Position numbers and translations under genes: made by a program. Shown here one piece after another: positions 36,690 through 49,500 of a DNA stretch of 64,000 bases; position 1 is the first letter of the stretch, and every line of letters begins with the position of its first letter. This DNA is from Squalus acanthias (lineage: Eukaryota): NCBI GenBank assembly GCA_030390025.1, contig CM059432.1, positions 33,110,001-33,174,000 on the forward strand. Direction: 5' to 3'. The notes under the pieces are model-generated. The model was not told the origin of the DNA. It did no database searches and saw only the letters and a program-made list of their open reading frames with translations.

Positions 36690-37657
36690 CAATTTTATTT
36701 TGGGTGCGGCTCATTCACAGCATGCGCAAAATTTAACTTTGAGAAAGCCGGTCTTGGGCTGTGCGGGACCGGCAGGGAGCGGACTGTGACAAGTAGCGAG
36801 TACCTGCCCCGATCGGACAGACGGCTGGCGTGCACTAACCGCTCTCCTCCTCGTCTCGCGTGTCTCTCTTTTTGAACTGCTCCAGAGTGTTGGGCCAAAG
36901 TCAGCATGGATCCACACTCTGGAGCTCTCTACTCCACCGCAGACGGTGCGCAAGAGGCTTTTCAGGTCTTTCTTTTATACTCTTTTTAGGGGTGGACCTG
37001 GGGTAGAATATCATGGCCTTACGGCATACTGATGACTGTTTCCCCTTATCCCTGTTCTCCCAAGGTTAGAGTCGACAACTTCGGAGACCTACCAGGCTCG
37101 GCCTTCAGATGGTTTGTAGCTGCTTGGTATCAGTTAATTATGTTCAAAGCTGTTCATGCAGCTCGCTGTGCAAACTAACTATTTCATTCCATTATCAGAC
37201 TATTGTACCATGGAATGAATCATTAAATTCCCAAAGATATCCTCTATTCTCTTCTCACACACTGGTTAACATATGCATCTTAGCAAGCAGTTTTTGTTAA
37301 ACAGTCAAAATCCTAACTTAGCATTATAATATGGCTATTAGCGGTAATGGAAGAAACATGGGCGTTAGGCCTTGGTTGGCCAAATTAAAAATAGTGTCAG
37401 CAGCCTTCCTAGCACACAAACAGCAGACAGCTAGCCTGGGAAGCAAGTCATATGTGACTGCCACTGTGTGGAATGTTATAATATCTGCAGGGAACCAAAA
37501 GCATAGGCAAATTTTAAGCATCTATCCCGCTACTCTAATACTAGTCTGAAGACACTGTTATCTCGAGCTCTAGTACAATCATCTAAACACAGTATTATTC
37601 ACGTTACAATTTCATTCGCGTAACCATATACATGTTGGATATCCCTAATTTCTAACA
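36690..37657 (-). mobile_element. Probable solo LTR (about 1 kb)
   Basis: Begins TGTTAG on the minus strand; minus-strand TATAAAA near 36975; about 36781-37620 is an inverted homolog of about 54340-55143. Confidence 0.65.
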
Positions 37658-38277
37658 ACGTATCGGTCAGACCAGGTAAGGACAGCACAGCAGATTCCCT
37701 TCTCTGAAGGACCTCCTCTTCCACAGACACCTCAAGCTCGCTATAAAGTTTTTCAATGATGGGAAAAGGCCACAAATGCTGTTCTGTAACAGATGGTGTC
37801 TAACAGCCCTCGTTGTCTGAGCTCTATTGTTGAAACTGTGGCAAATACTGTTTTAGTTAGAATCGTACAGCACTGAAGGAGGCCATTCGGCCCATCTTTC
37901 TGAACGAGCTATCCAATTAGTCTCACTTACCTGTTCTTTTCTCCACAGCCGTGGAAAGTTTTCCTTCGTTCTTTGAGCTGCCTTGATGTAATGGGTGGCA
38001 CTGTAGTACGTTGGCATTTATGAAGTTATATTTTAAGTCTGTGAACTCTGAACACTAGTTAAATAGGTGGCACTATTTACACTGTAATGTAAATGTAGAT
38101 GCTGCTGATTTGGTTCTTCGAACTGTTGTGACGTTTTGAATGGTGCACCCTTACAGTGATGCTTAAACGGCAGCATTTGTTTTAACTGTTGGAGCTGGTT
38201 AGAGGTTCGGTATGTGTTCGAGCCTTTTACAGTCCAACAGGTGGTGCTGTGGGACCTTTTGTGGGTTTTAAGATTTT

Positions 38278-40855
38278 GGGCTGAATTTTGCCAGTGCTCA
38301 GAGGGAAGGTTCGGAGGCTGGTCCGCTGACGGCGGGGCAGTATCCCACTATGAACCTGCCGCCTTGAGTTTCCCCAGTGCCGGCTCTGCCTGCGCTTTGC
38401 AGACCCAGCACTAAGCGGCGGGTCATGCAATTGAGATAGTTAAGAGGGTGTTTAAAGCAATTTGATCAGCATTTTCCCAAGTTTTCCACGAGGTTCATGT
38501 CACTCGGGGATCACGTCAGTTAAGTAGGTCGGGTTCTGACAACTCTCCATCTCTTTGAATAGATGACAGCTGCAAAAGTGGTCTAAGAGCTACCATTTTA
38601 AAGCTGGTCACTTTCCAATCTCGGAAGCTTCAGCCTTCAGTATTTGGAAGAGATTTTTCAGCTTTATGCAGTTGGGAAGTGTTTACAGTAAACTCTCTAT
38701 TCACTGTCACCTCCTTGGAACATCATATCTTACCCTTGCTTCTGTCAGCTCAACTTCACCTGCCATATGAATCATCAGAATGGGCACGATTTATGCTCTG
38801 TCACCTTGGTCCTCAGAATCTGATGATGATCTCCCGCAGCAGCAACAAAAGCGCCAACCTTCTCCTGAACCACCTGATGCTGCGCAGAGCATAGGGCATC
38901 AGCGCAGGGCTGCACCGCGCCGGAGGCGATACCCCAAAACAGGGTATACAGGCAGAGGATGAGCTTCCTCAACATGACTGAGCAGCAGTGCCAAAGGAGG
39001 CTCAGGCTATCGCGCCAGGTTGTTGCCGACATTTGCGCTTTGTTGGAGCAAGACCTGCAACCCAGAGGAAGGGGTGGACACTCCTTACCATTGGCTGTCA
39101 AAGTCACCCTTGCCCTCAACTTCTTCGTCGCAGGCTCCTTCCCGGCATCTCGAAGTCGGCCGCCCACAGATGCATCTAAGTCCGCAAATTATATCAATTT
39201 TGCCACTGATGAAGCCAGTGTCAATGAACGAGCGCTTGGCTTTGCTGCAACGACCTCCAAGTGTCACAACTGGATGATTTATTAAAAAGACTTCATAGAA
39301 TATAAACATTACATTGATAATGAAAAAGACACTCTTGTGACTATTTGTGTGGGATCTTTCTTTTCCAGGTGCTACCCCTGTGGCTTCAGCAGAGGTAGAG
39401 GCAGCCTTCTCACCTCCGTGCTGCACCTACTTAGACACCTTTAGTGGTTGTCCTCTGGGTTTTGGAGCCGGTGATGGCTCCGCCAAAGTCTGCTCCTCCT
39501 GCGACTGTGCATGCGCAGACTTGGCCATCGCTGTCCGGGGAGGCATCTGGGGCTCTGACTGAGGAGTTGGCAAGGGGGTGGAAGTCAAAGCGCTTGGAGC
39601 GGAGCCTCCACTTCCATGTCCCCTCCCATCATCATCCCTCAGAGGCAGGAGGCTCCTCCTGAGGAGTCTTCTTGCTGTTCCTCCTGGACATTGGGGTGGG
39701 GGCTCTTGATGGATCTGTGGGAGAGTGAAGACATCAGTTAGATATACAGGATGTCTACTGCAGACACATACCAATATCCACATGATGAGCATTCATCTTG
39801 TCTTGACATCACACCCCATATGAGGGACTGATGAAAGGCATGCAATTGTATGGAAATTCATTCTGTCACTAGCTTCTACTGAGCCCCTCTCTCCGTCCCC
39901 CACTTCCGGAATGTCCAGCAATCTGCAGTGGTCAGATATGACATGGTTTGTTGACTGCCGCCGCCTCTTCTCTCCCTCTTATTGTGGGCTGTCTTTTCCT
40001 GCAAGGAGGGAAAGAAGAGAAGGTTAAGTGAGTGATTAGATTGAGTGTAAGGAATGGAATGGCATAGAGCTTTACAGGGAGACTTTGATGGAGTGGGTTG
40101 GCAATACCAAGTTGCCTCCTTTTGTGGTGTTATTGGTAGGCAATGACAGCAATTGAGGCTGAGTGTGAGGGCTGCATAGCAAGATGGGGACCTGATAATG
40201 TAGATAGAGGGATGGATGAAGGTACAAGGGATGTTTGAGTGTGTAACGTGCAGGAGTAGGGGTGCCAATGTAGAGTGGTGGGAATGTGATGACAGGCACA
40301 GTAGCATCAAGGTAAGTGTGGTTTTATAGTCATTTTACTTGATCTTGCCAGATCATTGAACCTCTTGCGGCACTGCACCCAGGTGCGAACCACCACTGAC
40401 AGCCCCGTAACCTCCTGCGATATCTGCAGCCACACTGCCTTTGTTTGCTGCGGAAGCCTCTTCCTGCCGTCTGCAGGGAAGAGAACCTCTTTACGTGCTC
40501 TCGCTCCCTCCACAAGATGATGGAGGGACTCATCTGAGAAGTGGGGCGCTGCTCTTTGGTGCTGGAAGCTCATAGTTCAGAGACTCAAACACTGACGGCA
40601 CTGAATGGTATGAAATTGCATCTGAGACTAACTGGGGCCATGGCCCCTTTTAAATAAACCAGCAAGAATCGCGTCATCCGGTGACCTCACCAGACCCGCA
40701 CCTTTTAATAGGACCGGGATACGTGCAGGGCGTGCCTAACAAGGCCCATTGGGACAAGATCATATTTATCGATGGGATCCACGCAGCAGCGGGGTCCGCC
40801 CCCCGCCGCCAACCTCTCCTGCCTTGAAGCCGCCCAGGTAGGCAAAATTGTGGCC
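38278..40855. mobile_element. Internally deleted Harbinger element
   Basis: Ends GGGCTGAATTTTGCC and GGCAAAATTGTGGCC, TSD TTT; truncated transposase on + (38780-~39270); Myb-like gene on - from 40573 (PHFSDESLHHLVE...RTWVQCRKRFNDL). Confidence 0.85.
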
Positions 40856-40909
40856 TTTGAGTGGGCTAATGATCAAAATCTCCGACCAGCTCATAGTTAA
40901 GATAAGTGC

Positions 40910-41302
40910 AGTCTTTTATAAGTATCCCAGCATGGGACACCACCGCAGGATGTCCCAAAGTGCTTTACAGCCAATCAAGTAGTTTTGAAATGTAGTCACT
41001 GTTGTAATGTCGGGAAACGCGGCAGCCAATTTGTGCACAGCAAGCTTCCATAAACAGCAATGCGATCAATAGATCTGTTTTAGTGATGGTTGAGGAATAA
41101 ATGTTGTCCCGGACACACAGAATTTCCCTGCTCTTCTTCCAATAGTGCCATGGGACCTTTTACGTACACCCAAGAGGAAAGACAGGGCGCTGGTTAAACC
41201 GTACTTTCTGCACTGAACTGTCAGCCTGGATTATGTGCTTAAATTGCTGGCGTCGGGCTTGAACCCATAACCTTTTGACTTGGTGCTACCACTGAGCCAA
41301 GG
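40910..41302 (-). mobile_element. DeuSINE-type tRNA-derived SINE
   Basis: Minus-strand head tggctcagtggtagcacc...gggttcaagccc (A and B boxes), body homologous to 18595-18828. Confidence 0.75.
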
Positions 41303-43139
41303 TTAATGCTCTAGGTATCGATTCATGATTTAATTCATACCAAAAATTAAAAACCTCCAAATCTCCACTGTTGCACTGTAGAATTCTGCCAGGGATTCCA
41401 TTAAAAGTAGGCTGAGGTCCTAATGTAGGTAGAGAGACCCATGTTGTCTCTTTACTTGAGTAATAAAAGTAGTTATTGCTTCAGGTTCAATACCTTTATT
41501 TCTTCAGTCAGTATGCAAAGCATTTTACAAGCAAAGTAGATTAAACAGATACGAATGCAGAAATGTCGACGAGCATTTCACTGTTCCCTCGCTGCATTAA
41601 TTCCCTAAGCACAAAATGTCTTTTTATAGGATTCTTGTCCCCTTACTCGAGTGTGCTTCTTCTCCCTTGATTGGATTCCTTCTGCACCTGACTTAACATG
41701 ACACCTTCCCATGGTGTCCAGGCTGAACCAAGGCCCAAGCACCATGGCGCGTAGCTTCCCTTATGTCGTCTGCCCCCAACACCTAGTCACTCTGCTTTTC
41801 TATGAACAATGGAGTCTTAGTTATTACACTGTCTGCAGCTGCATATCCAATCTGGGTTCCTAGGCAACTGTCGTAAAAAGCTCCTCTTTGGCAAGTTTTT
41901 CCAAGGTCCAGGCACAGTACTTAAATTAAGTTTCTGTTACCAAGTGCTTGTATGTAATTTCTATTTCATATGCCAAGTTAAGTTTTAATCTTCCAGCAAG
42001 CTTTCTGCCAAGCTAATTCATTTGGCTCTCAAGTTAATTGTAATTACCTATGCGAATATATAAAGAAAATACGTGTTAATAAACAAATGCACACTATCTT
42101 GTAGTGTTTGCTCCCGATACTATATGCTAAGCTAGCCTTAATATCCCATAAAGCTCTCTGCCTCTTCTTTCTCCATGTTTCAACATGTCCCATGTTCCCA
42201 CAGGTCCTACTACACCACCTACTAGATTAAAGGATTTTGCCCAGGATTCCATTGATTGCAAAATTAACACACTGCCACCTGTTGGACTATAGATTTTATA
42301 TGGGACTCTGCTCATTCAGAGCGACCTGAGTCCCCACTGTAGGATTCCATTATTTGAACCCTCCATACATAATTTGTTTCAGTCAGGAATTCAAGACGTT
42401 AAGAACAGGAGTAGGCCATTCAGTCCCTCGAGCCATTCAATTGGATCATGGCTGATCTGTACCTCAACTCCACTTACCCGTCTTTGATCCATATCCTTTG
42501 GTACCCTTACTTAATAAAAAATCTATTGATCTCTGTCATGAAAAGTTCAATTGACCCCAGCATCCACATCTTTTTGGGGTGCGTTCCAGATTTTCGCTAC
42601 CCTTTGTGAGGAAAGCATGCTTGGGTTGTGGATTTTGCTGGCTCTCGCTCTCTACAAGCCCTCAGACATTCGGTATTTACTCTACTCTCCAGTCCTTCGT
42701 TGCCCAGCTTCTGCTTCTCCTCCAGATTATCCTAATTTCTGTTGATGCTAGTGTTTTACTACTTGGCTTGAATGAAAAGCACTTTCACACTTCTCAAATG
42801 ATTTGTGTTCCTCTTCATTACTGACAGCTGCGCTACCACCTTGTGATCTTTCGATTCAGGTTTGTGTTGCCATTTCCTTAGAACAATGGTTTCCTTGCAA
42901 CACTTTGTGTGGTGATCCTGCTCCAATATGCTAGCACTTGGCACGGGCCACATTCAGCAGAAGTTACTACAGAATAAATAGATAAACCATATTGGTGGTT
43001 ATTTTTATTTCGATTATATTTACTGCTATGGCTGCTCCCTGATACCTGGCACGTCTTGGCTGGAACCACTGCATCAACATTTGGAGCAATGACTCAGCTG
43101 GTGCTATCTTGAGTATCTAGTTCTGGTTTGTGTTACAAA

Positions 43140-43870
43140 GGTGAGAACGTAGTTTAGACTTGTTGATATTCGTGACTGAGAATACTTGTTCACACGTGTA
43201 CGTGGTCTCAAATATGGAAAGAATTCTTGGTGCAAAGGACTTCAGATTGCGAATTTTGTACTGGGTATTGATAAAATTTGTACTTCAACAGTGTCTCACT
43301 GCAGTTCAATAACTTCCATTTGGAACTCCTCTAGTGCGTCATCCACATAGACAGAAAATGTTGTGCTGCAAGTTGCAAACTCTCTTTCGTGGCTCCGGAA
43401 GTCAGAGCATCGTTCTTGAAATTTCTTCCTCAGTTCAGCAATTTTGCTTGTGTACTCTTCTGTGACGCCATTACATTGAGTCCTAACAGTGTTGTGTAGT
43501 GATTTCAAGGTACTCTGGGAAAGTTGCTTCTCCCACAGCTGAAGCTTCATCTCAAACACCCGAACACGGTCATAATATTCTGTCATCAATTAGTTGCGTC
43601 CTTGCATTCTTCTGTTGAGTGAGTTCAGGTGCTCCATAATAACCACTATGAAAGCAATGTCTTGAAGCCATTCATTGTCCTCTAATTCACTAACTTCTTT
43701 CCCTTTCTGATCTATGGTTGGCTCTCACCATGCAATTCAAAAAAAGGGCTTCCACGCAGCTCCGACTTAGCCACTGAACTGCAGTATGATATGGCAGTCC
43801 ACAGTGAATTTCACACTCTTTCAACATCCAGCCAAACTGCTGGTGGTTGAGACCTGTACTTGTAGCATGC
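43140..43870 (-). pseudogene. hAT (SPIN/Charlie, GTF2IRD2-like) transposase C-terminal remnant
   Basis: GLNHQQF...LPYHTAVQWLSR, FEMKLQLWEKQL, F.ERCSDF, QMEVIELQ. Confidence 0.8.
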
Positions 43871-44559
43871 CTGCCCCCCACCACACACTCTTAACCAGAC
43901 TGCCAGCTGAGCCCAACCATTACTGAGATTCTGCAGTTGGGCCATCTATGGCCAGAGGAACTCAAGGTCATCCACCATGACTGTCTAAGGAGTCCTCAAT
44001 GAAGTTCAACAGCTTTCCACATCCCTTGCTGTAGCCACTGGGGATGCACCTTGTATGACCACTACAATAGGTAGAGCACAGAAGACAGGCACTAGTGATA
44101 TTGTTCTTAGTTCTATATTTTCAGTATCGGAGTGACTGCTGCCAATGACCGGAAGCTGCACAGAAATGTACTGCGCATTAATCTGGAACCGGGAGCATGA
44201 TGTTTCTGGTTTTTTTTTACACGAGCCTGCTCCCTCCCTGGCACTTGTTTGAAGGAGCCGGCATTTAAATTTTTTTTTTTAACGAGCTGGAAGCACGCAC
44301 GCGCAGAACGCTTCTACTCAGCTTCCGATTCGTTGGCAGCAGTTTCGTCCTTTTTAGTATAAGTAATTTTCAAATGAAGTGATTAAGTATCTTGGTACAG
44401 TAAACATTTTTTCTCTGATTGCTGTTGATTTTGTTATTCTTGGTAGGGGTAGCACCCATGAAATTGAACTGTATGAGGGCATTCAGATGGTAGGTGTGAG
44501 GACTGGGGTTAGATGGATGGGCGTGAATGTTGCTGCATTGGGGAGGGAGCATTCGTTAG

Positions 44560-45745
44560 AATTTTTCATCAGTGAGTTGCTGCCTAAGACTCTGTTGTCA
44601 GGCCGTGCTTTTCCTCTGCTGCCTCAGCTTCCTGATCCCATCTTCCTGCTCTTGTGGCTCCAATTCTTGCTCCCTTTTCAGGGTGAGGTTGTTCAGCATG
44701 CAGTACACAATGACAACTCTTGACACTCACTTCGGGCTATACTAAAGAATGTCGCCAGTTCTGTCGAGGCGATGGAACTTTTCCTTGAGCCTGATTGTCT
44801 GCTGGATGAGAGCCCTGGTGATGCTGTTGCTCTCGTTGTGTGCATGCTGTGCATCTGTGGCCGGGTCCTTTAACAGGAGTCGAGAGACGGATGTTCAGGG
44901 GTTGGCCTGTGTCCCCAAACAGCCAGGCCGATACCTAGAAGAAAGGACTGATGTAGGATGAAGGCATCAGGACTTACCAGGATACTGGGCACAGACCTGC
45001 ATAATCTGTTGCCTACGGACATTTCATAGAATCATACAGCACAGAAGGAGGCCATTTGGCCCATTGTGCCGGCTCTTTGAGAGGGCTATCCAATTAGTCC
45101 TACTCCACTACTCTGTCCCCTTATCCTGCAAAGTTTTCCTTTTCAAGTGTCTATCCAAGTTAATGAATACAATTCCTTTCTGTTGTAACAGAAGGCTTAG
45201 TTTTGTACGGGAGCATGTAGGGCCACGAGGGTGCAGTCAATGCCTTCCTCCATTTAAGGAAATGCAGCAACACTCAAAACCCACCATACGCTCCTCTTGC
45301 TTAGCGGCCTCCATTGGGACAGTAATAAATTCGTGCTGCCGAGCATCTGTGACCTCCTTGATTGCAGTGTGGACAGCAAACAGAGAATTTCCTGATGTCA
45401 CTGGCTGGATGTTGGAACGAGCCCGATGTATAAAACTTGAGGGTCACAGTAACCTTCACAGGCAGTGTTGTGGATGCCTTTGGTGCAAGGCTGCAATTCT
45501 TAGTTGAGCCAGGTGGCAGAACTCAGTCACTGGCGTCTCCTGACGCACTAACCCTCTGTAAAGAATGATAGGAAATCAGTTCCTGTACATGCTCATGATG
45601 CAAGGCCTTCTGCGTCCATCCTTCCCTCCTTCGCTCTCTTCTAGCAGCCTGTCCAGCCCTCTGCTGCCTTCAATACTGCTGCTGCTGCCATGGCCCTGCC
45701 CCTCATGTCAGAGCCCCAGAGGCAGACCAAGCAGGACATCCATTT
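44560..45745 (-). pseudogene. Old Harbinger (family D) transposase pseudogene with CR1 tail insertion
   Basis: Minus-strand EGIDCTLVALHAP and TRALIQQTIRLKEKFHRLDRTG..YSP..VSRVVIVYCMLNN, with stops. Confidence 0.8.
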
Positions 45746-46333
45746 TCCAACAATGTTGGGAAGGCAATCTTTTGACGAAGTGAAGGACCTTCCAAAAATC
45801 ACTCTCGGGAGTTCAGCTCAGCAAAACAGTAGCCAGAAATAATGGCCCAAAAATTCGGCCGTTCCCGCGTGAGTACGTATTCCTTCCCGAAGTGCCGGTT
45901 TCCTGCATGCACTGCGCATGCGCGGGAAACCGGCACTTCCGGTGGCTTCAAGTAAAGGTTTCTTCGGTGAATCGCGTGCGCCGGAGAGTCTGCGCGTGCG
46001 CAATGAACTTGGCTTTTTTTATGAATGGTTTGAGTGTGTGTAAGATCGCAGCAATTACACTTGTAAAAAGCTTGAGTAAACCATCTTGGAAAGCTCCGTA
46101 ACCAGCAGGAGGAAGAAATCTTTCAGCAGTGGGGCTACTAAAGTGAACATTTTTAAATCTGAAAGGCAGCAAAGTTTATTTAATAAGTCTGAGGTAAGTT
46201 TGCAATTTTAAAAAAAGTTTTAAAACGGGTTTTGACCATTTGGAGTAGTCTAGCAACTCTGGGTGTGTACAAGGCCTATTGAATTAGGTTTCTGTCTTAA
46301 ATGTGAAAATGACTGTTTAAAAAAGAAAATGAT

Positions 46334-46527
46334 TGTCGTAAGAATGAGCCTTACGCGTGGTGAACTTAAAGTAAGCTTTAATCAACTAAAAAGGTGCTAC
46401 ATACAAAAGAGGTCTTACTCTATGCCTCTCCAGGATCCAACTGATCAGTCCAGTATTTATCCTGGACTAATCACAGGAAGTAATGCAATAAAGTTCGAGT
46501 CACAGAAAGCTGTATTGTGTTACCACA
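46334..46527 (-). repeat. 3' LTR of Gypsy element 2
   Basis: Direct repeat of 50561-50754. Confidence 0.97.
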
Positions 46528-46546
46528 TTCTCCCCCCCCCAAAAGA

Positions 46547-49500
46547 TTAGGAGGCCGGGATGCTCCCTCCATTTCGTAGCCGCTGGACGAGGGAGAGCCG
46601 CACCCGTTTGGGTTCTCGTAGCGGTAGAGGGCCCCTAGCCCGTTTACCTGCCGCGGGCCGTGGACCAGAGTCCGAGGGGTCAGGACGATCCTGACTGTGT
46701 ACTGGTGCCCGAACGGGTGTCGGGCAGGGCTGTGGCAGATCCATTTCCGAGCGTACGGTACGGGGTGGATCGTGGCTGCGCGTGCGAGCCCCGACGGGCT
46801 CATAGTCAGTCTGCCCCAGGTCGGCACGCTGGAGTGAGGTACCAGCCGGCGTCACATCCAGATCGTGATGAGAGGCACCTGGCGAGCCCAGAGATGTGCC
46901 TGGTACAATATCATCCCCTGGTGTCCCTCTATGTTTCGGCGGGCAGGGAGCCAGATCCCGCAATGACACGGTAGATTCCCGACCGTCAGGATACCGAATA
47001 TAGGCGTAGGTCGGGTTGACGTACGTGAGCTCAACCTCATCTACCAGGGGGTCATTCTTAGACGCCCGGACATATCTTCGGAGTAGCACTGGTCCCGGTG
47101 CAGTCAGCCACGACAGGAGAGATATCCCATAGGATGAGCGACGCTGAAATCGGAAGAACCGTTCATGAGGCGTCATATTTGTGGCGGTCGAAAGGAGGGA
47201 CCGTGTGGAGTGTAATGCGTCTGGAAGTACTGCTTCCCATTGCTGGTTGGGTAGGCCCCGAGATCTCAAAGCCAGACGTACCGCTTTCCAGATGATAGCG
47301 TTAAAACGCTCGACTTGCCCATTCCCGACCGGATGATAAGGCGTCGTTTTGCTGGCAGCAATACCCCGTTCCGAGAGATAGGCCTTGAGTTCTCCTGACA
47401 TAAAAGAAGGGCCCCGATCCGAATGAACATAGGATGCCATGCCACAGAAAGCAAATACCTGCTCAAGGCAGCTGATAACCGTGGTCGTCAGCATATTGGG
47501 GCAGGGAAAGGCAAACTGAAAACGGGAATACTCATCGACCATGGTCAATAGATAAGTGTTGCGAGTTGAAGAGGGCAACGGCCCCTTAAAATCGATGCTA
47601 AGCCGTTGCATTGGCTGGGTCGCATGTATGAGTATACCACCCGAGGGGCGGAAAAACTGAGGTTTCAATTCCGCACAGACTCTGCAGTCCGAGCACATCT
47701 TCTTTACATCCCCGGTAGAGAATGGGAGATTTTGGGACCGCACGAAGTGTAGCATGCGAGTAACGCCCGGATGACACAACCCATCATGGATGTCTACGAG
47801 CGTAGAGGGTGCCATGGCGGAGCAGAATGCTTGTGTGAGGGTATCCGGAGCCACATTCTCCTTGCCAGGTCGATAGTGGATGGTGTAACCAAAAGAGGCC
47901 AATTCCAGCCGCCAAAGCTGGATTTTATTATTTTTAATTTTGGTCCGTTTTCGATTATCGAGCATGAAGGCGACCGATCGCTGGTCCGTGATTAAGGTAA
48001 AGTGCTGGCGAGCTAGGAGATGACTCCACTTCCGTACTGCCTCTATGATGGCTGTAGCTTCTTTCTCGACTGGAGGATAATGTAGCTCAGCCCCTTGAAA
48101 AGTCCTGGACAAAAATGCCACCGGACGACCTTCCTGATTCAGAGTGGCCGAGATCGCCACCTCCGAGGCATCACACTCAACAACAAAAGGAAGACGCTCA
48201 TCGATGGAGTGAAGAGCCGCTTTCTCCAACTGTTTTTTCAGGAGGTTAAAGGCTGCAACAGCCGCTGTGTCCAGTGGGAATGTGCTGGCCTTCAGTAGAG
48301 GTTGGATTCGGTCCGAGAAGTTAGGAATCCATTTAGCATAGTATGCAAACAGGCCGAGGGCCCGGCGCAAGGAGGCCGGATTCTTAGGTGGCGGGAGTTC
48401 TTGGAGTGGGCGAAGCCTTTCAGGGTCAGGTTTAATGATGCCATTGCCCACACAATAGCCAAGGATGTTGATGGTTGGTTGTGACTCAATGGATTTAGCC
48501 GCATTTAATGTCAAATTACGGTGCTGGAGTGCATCCCAAAATCGTTGGAGATTGGCGTCATGTTCCCGCTGATTGCGACCTGCGACAGTAATATTGTCCA
48601 GATAAGGAAACGTATCCTTCAAGTCTTCCTGTTTGACCAGGTCATCCATTGCTCGCTGGAAGACAGCCACTCCATTAGTGACCCCAAAGGGGAGGCGACT
48701 AAATTGATACAGCCGTCCATTGGCTTCAAAGGCCGTATACTGCTTGTCTGAGACCTTCAAGGGTACCTGATGATAGGCACTTTTCAGATCATATGTTGAG
48801 AACACCGTGTACTCAGCCAGTTTATTAACCATATCATCGATGCGCGGCAATGGGTATGCGTCCAAGTCCATATATTGATTGATGGTCTGTGAATAGTCAA
48901 TGCACAGCCGTTTCTTGTGAGGTTGTAGAGGGTTCTTAACAATAACGACCTGGGCGCGCCATGGCGACGAACAAGGCTCGATGATATCCTCTGCTAAAAG
49001 CCGAGAAATCTCAGCCGCAATAAAAGACTGGTCTTCCTGGCTGAAACGTCGTGACTTTGTTATAATCGGTTTGCATCGAGGAGGGATACTGGTAAACAGT
49101 GAGGGTTCATCCAGTGAAGCTGCTGACAATGCACAGAACGGTAATCGAGGTAGTATATTAGAAATAGTGAGTTCAGGTTTGGATCCGCCGAACTCAATGG
49201 TGAGCTTCTTATGCTGCTTTTGAAAATCCAGCCCTAAGATAAGATCACTACATAAGTTCTTGAGCACCGAAAGCCGGGTGGAGGGATACCTGTGACCATT
49301 AAGTGTTATTTCAACCATACAAAAGCCAGAAATTCTGGTATTAAGTGATGACTGAGCCATCGCAATTGCCTGGTCCGATGGGAAAACATGTAGCTTTAAC
49401 TCTGCAACAATCTGTTCCCTAATGAAACTATCAGTGCTACCTGAGTCAATTAAGGCATCTAAAGTATGTCCATTAATTGATGCTTTTGTAGCTGCATGGA

